NCBI GenBank assembly: GCA_037146775.1
Contig: JBAWWL010000001.1
Span: 261,464-325,463, forward strand
Source: Candidatus Omnitrophota bacterium
GTDB lineage: Bacteria > Omnitrophota > Gorgyraeia > Duberdicusellales > 4484-171
Length of the DNA stretch: 64,000 bases
Direction of reading: 5' to 3'
A program made the translations under genes and the position numbers. Of the stretch, positions 58,834 through 64,000 are shown piece by piece (positions within the stretch are counted from its first letter, which is position 1; each line of letters starts with the position of its first letter). The notes beneath the pieces are model-generated. The model ran no database searches. It was not told where the DNA came from and saw only the letters and a list, made by a program, of their open reading frames with translations.

Positions 58834-60456
58834 ATGAAAAAGTTTATTTTTAGCTCAGTTTTAATCGCGTTGCTTATTTTTTTGGGATACTTTGTGTCTT
58901 CTCGCAGAGCTGCATTTGATATTTTGATTAACGGCGGCACTATTTATGACGGGACGACCAGGGATTCCTATGTTGCCGATATAGGCATTATAGCCGATAA
59001 AATAGCGGCTATTGGCGACCTTTCAAATAAAACAGCAAAGAAAATTATCGATGCCCGAGAGTTGATTGTTACACCCGGTTTTATTGATGTACACAATCAT
59101 TCTGATCTCGTGTTTCTCTTTGCCGGCAACAAGAGGTATCTGGCCTTGATAACTCCCGCGTGGAAAGGCAATTACAATTATTTGACCCAGGGCGTCACGA
59201 CAATAGTTACTGGGCTTTGCGGCGGAGGATACGCGGACACAAAACAGTGGTTGGACATGGTCAGTCTTATAAAATACGGCACTAATGTTTATCATCTGAT
59301 ACCCTACGGTATGATCAGGGGGAAACTCTTTGGACAGGACCAGCCGCGGACCCTGACTGCCGAGCAGCTTGATACCCTTAAGAAGAGTGTGGAAAGGGAG
59401 ATGCAAAATGGTGCTATTGGCATTTCCGTGGGGTTAGAGTACGCCCCCGATTGTTTTACCACCACCGATGAATTGGCCGAGATCGCCAAGGTGGTCAATA
59501 AATACGGCGGTATTTACGACGCCCATATCCGGGATAACACCGGGACTATCCATGAGAATGGACAGCCTGGAGTGTTGCTAGCGATAAAGGAGACGATCGA
59601 GATCAGCAAACGTGCTAAGATCTCCGTACATATTTCGCATATTCAGCTCAATCTGCCATGGAACGATGTTCAGGCAAAACAGATGTATGGCTTGATAGAG
59701 GAAGCCCGGCGAGAAGGGGTGGATATAACCGCCGATCAACATCCCTACGATGTTGGGTTCGGCATCCTCTCCTATCGCCTACCGGATGAGTTTAAGACCG
59801 CTGTCGGCGTCAAGGATAAATACAAGACTCCTGAAGGTAGAGCCCTTATAAAAAAAGCCATTGAAAAGGTTTTTGTTTTCCTTGGCCCGGAAAAGATCAT
59901 GATCACTTCTTGTCCGGGGAATGAAAAATGTGAGAATAAGACCATCAAGGAGATCGCCGTGATGGAAAACAGGGATCCGGGGGCGGTTTACGTCGACCTG
60001 GTATGTATGGATTCGGCGCCTTACGCGCTTTTCTCTGAGATAAGCGAAGAAGCAAACAGAGGAAATATGCCTCATGAGTACGTTTTTACGGCTTCCGACG
60101 GCTTTACGGTTTTTGACGCTTCCAAGTCGCCGCATCCGCGTTTTTTTGGTTGTTTTCCCAGAAAGATAAGGAAATATGCGTTGGAGGAAAAGGTCCTAAG
60201 TTTAAAAGACGCCATCCGCTCCATGACCTCACTGCCTGCGGAAAAGTTCAAGATGAATCTCAGGGGAAAGATTGTTACCGGTTATTATGCGGATATTGTG
60301 GTTATTGACCTTCAGAATTTTACCGATCGTGCTACCTATTCTGATCGGGCAAAGTATTCCGAAGGCATTGAGTATCTTTTGGTAAACGGCGTGCTCGCAA
60401 TTGAAAAAGGTAAGACTACAGGCAAAAGAGGCGGCAGGGCTTTGAAATCGAGATGA
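58834..60456 (+). CDS. Amidohydrolase-superfamily enzyme, N-acyl-D-amino-acid deacylase (D-aminoacylase)-like, with N-terminal signal/anchor
   Basis: The metal-binding motif HxH is present (GFIDVHNHSD) and the length is typical of D-aminoacylases. A hydrophobic N-terminus (MKKFIFSSVLIALLIFLG) begins at the ATG at 58834. Confidence 0.75.
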   Translation: MKKFIFSSVLIALLIFLGYFVSSRRAAFDILINGGTIYDGTTRDSYVADIGIIADKIAAIGDLSNKTAKKIIDARELIVTPGFIDVHNHSDLVFLFAGNKRYLALITPAWKGNYNYLTQGVTTIVTGLCGGGYADTKQWLDMVSLIKYGTNVYHLIPYGMIRGKLFGQDQPRTLTAEQLDTLKKSVEREMQNGAIGISVGLEYAPDCFTTTDELAEIAKVVNKYGGIYDAHIRDNTGTIHENGQPGVLLAIKETIEISKRAKISVHISHIQLNLPWNDVQAKQMYGLIEEARREGVDITADQHPYDVGFGILSYRLPDEFKTAVGVKDKYKTPEGRALIKKAIEKVFVFLGPEKIMITSCPGNEKCENKTIKEIAVMENRDPGAVYVDLVCMDSAPYALFSEISEEANRGNMPHEYVFTASDGFTVFDASKSPHPRFFGCFPRKIRKYALEEKVLSLKDAIRSMTSLPAEKFKMNLRGKIVTGYYADIVVIDLQNFTDRATYSDRAKYSEGIEYLLVNGVLAIEKGKTTGKRGGRALKSR

Positions 60457-60481
60457 CCAAACAAAAAGTTTTCCTGAGGGT

Positions 60482-60582
60482 CTCTGGGTGACCGTTGGCG
60501 TAAGTGGCGAGAGATGATTTTGAAGCTTTTAAATAAGATAAATGGCTGTGAATAATAGAGTTGGCAAAGAAGGAGCTGAACG
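60482..60582 (+). repeat. 101-nt intergenic element, copy B (identical to 58706-58806)
   Basis: It matches copy A at all 101 nt. It ends 32 nt before the start codon of the gene at 60614. Confidence 0.8.
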
Positions 60583-60613
60583 TAAGTGGAAAAATGCTCC
60601 CGGAGGATTTAAC

Positions 60614-61348
60614 ATGAGAAAAATGTTTTTTGTAATACTTATTATAACAGCTATCAGCTCTTTCTATTTTGCCCAGCCGCCTTCGGCAAGAGCCGACGAA
60701 GCCGGAACATTTGTAGGTACTATTGAATCTTTCCCTTGCGGGTTCGGTCAGTTTAAGTCTGGGCCTCCTTTGTGGCCGGTCGGTATGATTGTGGTTAATG
60801 CTGATAATGGCGAAAAGAGCAATTTTCTAATAGTCAGAGATGGGTCGAGTGCCACTATCTTTTATGATGTCGATGGTAAGGTTGTTCCAGTCATGAATAA
60901 TATTAAGGGTATGAAGGATATTAGGGCTATAATAGGTAAAAGAGTAGAGGTCAAGTACGCGGTTACGGCAGAAACAATGCGTTACGCGAATAAGCAGCTT
61001 GCGATCTCGGTTCGCTTCGTTCCTGCGGATTATGTCGGGCAGCCCGGGATATCCGCAGAAGCAGGAAAACCGAATAACCCGGCGCCACAGTCATCAGGAC
61101 AGGGCGGGGTTCATTCATTTATTGGCACTATTGAATATACATCGCGCTTAGGTTTGCACATTCCGCCAGGACGCACGATCAGGATCAGTTCTGATAGAGG
61201 CGATAAACTTACGGTTTTTGTATCTAAAGACATAGCTATCAGGGATATGAATGCTGCTCCAGCTCGCATAGGCAAGAGAGCGGAAGTTAAATATTCGCCT
61301 GCAGCAAACGGCGAGAATGAGGCCATCTCATTTCGATATCTAGATTGA
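60614..61348 (+). CDS. Secreted hypothetical protein with internal tandem duplication
   Basis: It has a signal peptide (MRKMFFVILIITAISSFYFAQPPSARA), and a GGAGGA Shine-Dalgarno lies 8 nt upstream. Two roughly 90-aa repeats are present (FVGTIES...VEVKYAV and FIGTIEY...AEVKYSPA). Confidence 0.55.
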   Translation: MRKMFFVILIITAISSFYFAQPPSARADEAGTFVGTIESFPCGFGQFKSGPPLWPVGMIVVNADNGEKSNFLIVRDGSSATIFYDVDGKVVPVMNNIKGMKDIRAIIGKRVEVKYAVTAETMRYANKQLAISVRFVPADYVGQPGISAEAGKPNNPAPQSSGQGGVHSFIGTIEYTSRLGLHIPPGRTIRISSDRGDKLTVFVSKDIAIRDMNAAPARIGKRAEVKYSPAANGENEAISFRYLD

Positions 61349-61478
61349 TTTACGGCGGCTGATATTATGGAAATAAATTATGAATAAAAAAGGACGAGTT
61401 TACATCAAGACATTCGGTTGGCCAATGGGTGCAGTATTATACGACCATCGTGCCTTATCTGAGTAGGATCTGGTGAGC

Positions 61479-61545
61479 ATTGGCGTAAGTACCGCGTGAT
61501 GATTTTAGAGATTATAAAGAGAGTAAATGCTGTGGAGTTATGGAA
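61479..61545 (+). repeat. Degenerate copy of the TTGGCGTAAGT...GATGATTTT element
   Basis: ATTGGCGTAAGTACCGCGTGATGATTTTAGAGATTATAAAGAGAGTAAATGCTGTGGAG aligns with copies A and B. It lies about 97 nt upstream of the start of the gene at 61642. Confidence 0.5.
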
Positions 61546-61641
61546 AAAATGGGCAGACTGGAGGCTATTGAAGAATAGTAGAATTTATATGGTCGGAGTT
61601 CATCTGTAACGATAGTGGTAAGATAAAAATCTTAGAATACT

Positions 61642-63126
61642 ATGGAAACGAAAAAACTATTTTTATCCAAAACTAAATACCTCGATGGGATTAAATGCCA
61701 TAAGCTTCTATGGTATGAGTATAACCGCAAGGAAGACTTGCCAGAGTTTGATGCCGCTACACAGGCTATTATGGATCAGGGCAATCGCGTCGGAGAGCTA
61801 GCGCATACGCTCTTCCCTGGAGGCATTGTACTCCAAAGAGACTATATGCCAGACAAGCAGGCGGAGAAGTCCTTGGAAGCCGCCAAGCTTCGTAAACCGC
61901 TATTTGAGGCAGGGTTTGTTTATAAACAGGCCTATGCGTTAGTCGACATCCTTAACCCTGTTGCGAAGGATGCCTGGGATCTCATTGAAGTAAAAAGCTC
62001 AAGTAGCGTAAAGGACGAGCATTATAGAGACGTCGCCTTCCAGAAATATACCTATGAAGGAGCGGGCTTAAAAATTCGCAAATGTTATCTCATGTATATC
62101 AATAACCAATACGTGCGCAAAGGCGACATAGAACCTGAAAAGTTGTTTGCGACTGAAGACGTTACAAAACAAGCAGATGAGCTTATCCCGGAAATAGAAG
62201 AAAATATGGCTGATATGTTCGAGGCAATACAAAAAAAAGATGCCCCGCATGTAAAAGTCGGCCAACATTGTAGTAGTCCTTACCCTTGCCCTATTGAAGC
62301 TATATGTTGGGGTTTTTTGCCCGAAAAAGGTGATATCTTTTGTTTGTATTCGGGTAAAAAGAAGGCCTATGAGCTATTAGAGCGCGGGGTATTGAGTATT
62401 GCCGATATCAAAGAAGATGTAAAGTTGAGCGATAAGCAGAGTATTCAGGTCGAATGTCATAAAACAAGCCGTCCTTACATTGATAAGAAAGGGATAAGGG
62501 ATTTTCTAGACACGTTAGAGTATCCTCTTTATCTCCTTGACTTCGAAACGATGAACCCGGCAATACCTGCTTATGATAATTCAAGGCCGTTTGAAGCAAT
62601 CCCTTTTCAATACTCATTATATATAATCAAAGATAAAGATACAAAACCAGAGCACCACTCATATCTTGCACCAGGGGATAAAGATCCAAGGCCTGAGATC
62701 TTGAAGCAATTAAAAGCGTTGTTAGGAAATTCAGGATCGGTTATTGCTTACAACGCTACATTTGAGAAGACAACGCTTCGACATGCAAGCGAGGCATATC
62801 CTGAGTATCAAGATTGGGTGACATCGGTGGAGGAGCGCGTTATTGATTTGCTTACACCTTTCCGCGGCTTTCTTTATTACCACCCAGATCAGGGAGGGAG
62901 CGCTTCGCTTAAAAGCGTTCTTCCTGTAATGACAAAATCGAGCTACGACAATATGGAAATATCTGATGGTGGCAAGGCGAGTGTTGAGTATTGTCGTGTA
63001 ACCTTTGGAAAAGACGTTGCCGAAAACGATCGTCAGCGTATCCGCGCCGCTCTTGAGAAGTATTGTGATTTGGATACAACGGGCATGATAGAAATATTAG
63101 ATGAATTAATAAAGATTTGTAAATAG
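61642..63126 (+). CDS. DUF2779-type protein: Cas4/RecB-like PD-(D/E)xK nuclease fused to a DEDD-type 3'-5' exonuclease-like domain
   Basis: The N-terminus (LSKTKYLDGIKCHKLLWYEY) is characteristic of the family. A Cys cluster is present (CSSPYPCPIEAICW). The C-terminal half carries Exo-like blocks (LLDFETMNP; AYNATFE; YCDLD). Confidence 0.65.
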   Translation: METKKLFLSKTKYLDGIKCHKLLWYEYNRKEDLPEFDAATQAIMDQGNRVGELAHTLFPGGIVLQRDYMPDKQAEKSLEAAKLRKPLFEAGFVYKQAYALVDILNPVAKDAWDLIEVKSSSSVKDEHYRDVAFQKYTYEGAGLKIRKCYLMYINNQYVRKGDIEPEKLFATEDVTKQADELIPEIEENMADMFEAIQKKDAPHVKVGQHCSSPYPCPIEAICWGFLPEKGDIFCLYSGKKKAYELLERGVLSIADIKEDVKLSDKQSIQVECHKTSRPYIDKKGIRDFLDTLEYPLYLLDFETMNPAIPAYDNSRPFEAIPFQYSLYIIKDKDTKPEHHSYLAPGDKDPRPEILKQLKALLGNSGSVIAYNATFEKTTLRHASEAYPEYQDWVTSVEERVIDLLTPFRGFLYYHPDQGGSASLKSVLPVMTKSSYDNMEISDGGKASVEYCRVTFGKDVAENDRQRIRAALEKYCDLDTTGMIEILDELIKICK

Positions 63127-63139
63127 AGTAGAGGACTTA

Positions 63140-64000
63140 TGACTTCGCGATTTGGCTTCACAGCAATAGATAAAGAATTAGTTGGCGATAGTCGCCTTGC
63201 TGATCCCATGGGGATTCTGCCCATTTGGTCGTACTTTGGAAGGGCATTGATCCCTAATTTGACAGAACAGACGGGCCAGGCAAGGGGATTCTACTTATTG
63301 TGTTCAATATTGTCATTATATGAAAAATATGTTGAGTGGGCTGAAAAAAAGAATAATAAGATTATGCCCGTAGAGCAATTTTATATTCTAGTAGAACAGG
63401 TTTTTGCCTATGCGGTATTTTACAATACGGGTGATTGGAATCTGCGGGGCGACAGGAACGTGAAATATTTCATGAAAGACAATCCGAATCAGATAACGAT
63501 TTCATTGCATAAACAATTACTTGGGTCTCAGCTTGCTACTGGTACATGGGGGTTGTATCGTGGGGCTGCAATGAGATCAGAAATACTTGATGCTTCAGGC
63601 AAGCGTCTTACCGAGAAATTTGCTTCACTCTTCTCGTTTGAGCTTGAGCGCGAAGAATCACTTTTCCAGATAATTCATGAGGCGCATAGTAATGGTGTCC
63701 CAGGCGCAGAACTGAAGCTGAATTCACGGCTGTGTAACGAAGTGTATAAAAAATTCAGGATAGGAAAAAATAAGGAGCTTTTTTGCGATTTTTTAATAAA
63801 TAATTACCAGGTCAAAGATTTTCAGCTCATGAAAGCCGTGGCAGAAGACTTAGTGAACTATGAAATCGAAGGGAATGATTACCGAAAATTTGTAGTAAGA
63901 TATTCAGCGAAGTTTAAAGAACATGCATATGTTTTTAAAGATATTATTAAATGTGAAGACTTCATAGGCACTATTGACTCTATTTTTCCATACCTTTATT
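63140..64000 (+). CDS. Hypothetical protein, truncated at the 3' end by the window edge
   Basis: An ORF opens from the ATG at 63140 (MTSRFGFTAIDKELVG...) and runs at least 287 aa to the window end. I do not recognise the family. Confidence 0.5.

Noticed and set aside
477-63224. Numerous minus-strand ORFs of 60-217 aa in the six-frame track, for example 3743-4396, 2546-2962, 9177-9590, 17968-18414, 43865-44350 and 44666-45061.
   Set aside because: Each one lies entirely inside a + strand gene with clear family signatures. They have low-complexity or odd composition and no start or Shine-Dalgarno context. I judge them to be antisense shadow ORFs.
1-64000. CRISPR arrays, tRNA genes and rRNA genes.
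   Set aside because: No short direct-repeat/spacer array, cloverleaf-like GC-rich 75-nt segment or rRNA-like conserved block was found. All sizeable gaps were inspected.

Overview
This 64 kb window is gene-dense, about 42-45% GC, and every gene I can support is on the + strand. Several adjacent genes overlap as ATGA or abut directly, which suggests long co-transcribed units. It looks like a bacterial chromosome, probably from an uncultivated lineage; I cannot assign a taxon from sequence alone.

Layout by region:
- 1-15.6 kb: an LPS-core/O-antigen-type glycan locus. It has two GT9 heptosyltransferases, five GT4 and one GT2 glycosyltransferases, a WaaL-like O-antigen ligase, a radical SAM/SPASM enzyme, a B12-binding radical SAM enzyme and two methyltransferases.
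- 15.9-21.6 kb: housekeeping genes: an HI0933-like flavoprotein, Maf, a cation diffusion facilitator (CDF) transporter, and a split methionine synthase. A free-standing reactivation-domain gene is translationally coupled to an 796-aa MetH core.
- 21.7-31.5 kb: a second glycan-modification block. It has a membrane-fused spermidine-synthase-like protein, two large GT-C-like membrane proteins, two FkbM methyltransferases, a radical SAM enzyme and a SAM methyltransferase.
- 31.7-44.8 kb: mixed housekeeping genes: Pit and a DUF47 partner, an MBL/beta-CASP hydrolase, PilZ, a pyruvate kinase lacking its C-terminal domain, a CE4 deacetylase, a sirtuin, TtcA-like and HisF proteins, an esterase, and a bile acid:sodium symporter (BASS) family transporter.
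- 45.0-56.9 kb: an AT-richer accessory island of loosely spaced genes. It has two more FkbM methyltransferases plus a divergent paralog pair, a second B12 radical SAM enzyme, a beta-carbonic-anhydrase-like protein, a GT-C-like membrane protein, a decayed SGNH hydrolase remnant and three SAM methyltransferases.
- 56.9-57.6 kb: a roughly 720-bp noncoding gap with hairpins, an intrinsic terminator and a textbook sigma70-like promoter.
- 57.6-64.0 kb: a two-gene module, a signal-peptide amidohydrolase, a secreted tandem-domain protein, a DUF2779 nuclease-exonuclease fusion and a 3'-truncated hypothetical gene.

The observation I consider most novel is a roughly 101-nt noncoding element. It is present as two 100% identical copies immediately upstream of two consecutive unrelated genes, and there are degenerate copies upstream of two further genes. 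Each full copy contains internal direct sub-repeats (GTTGGC ... CGTAAGTGG). I did not find rRNA, tRNA or CRISPR arrays.
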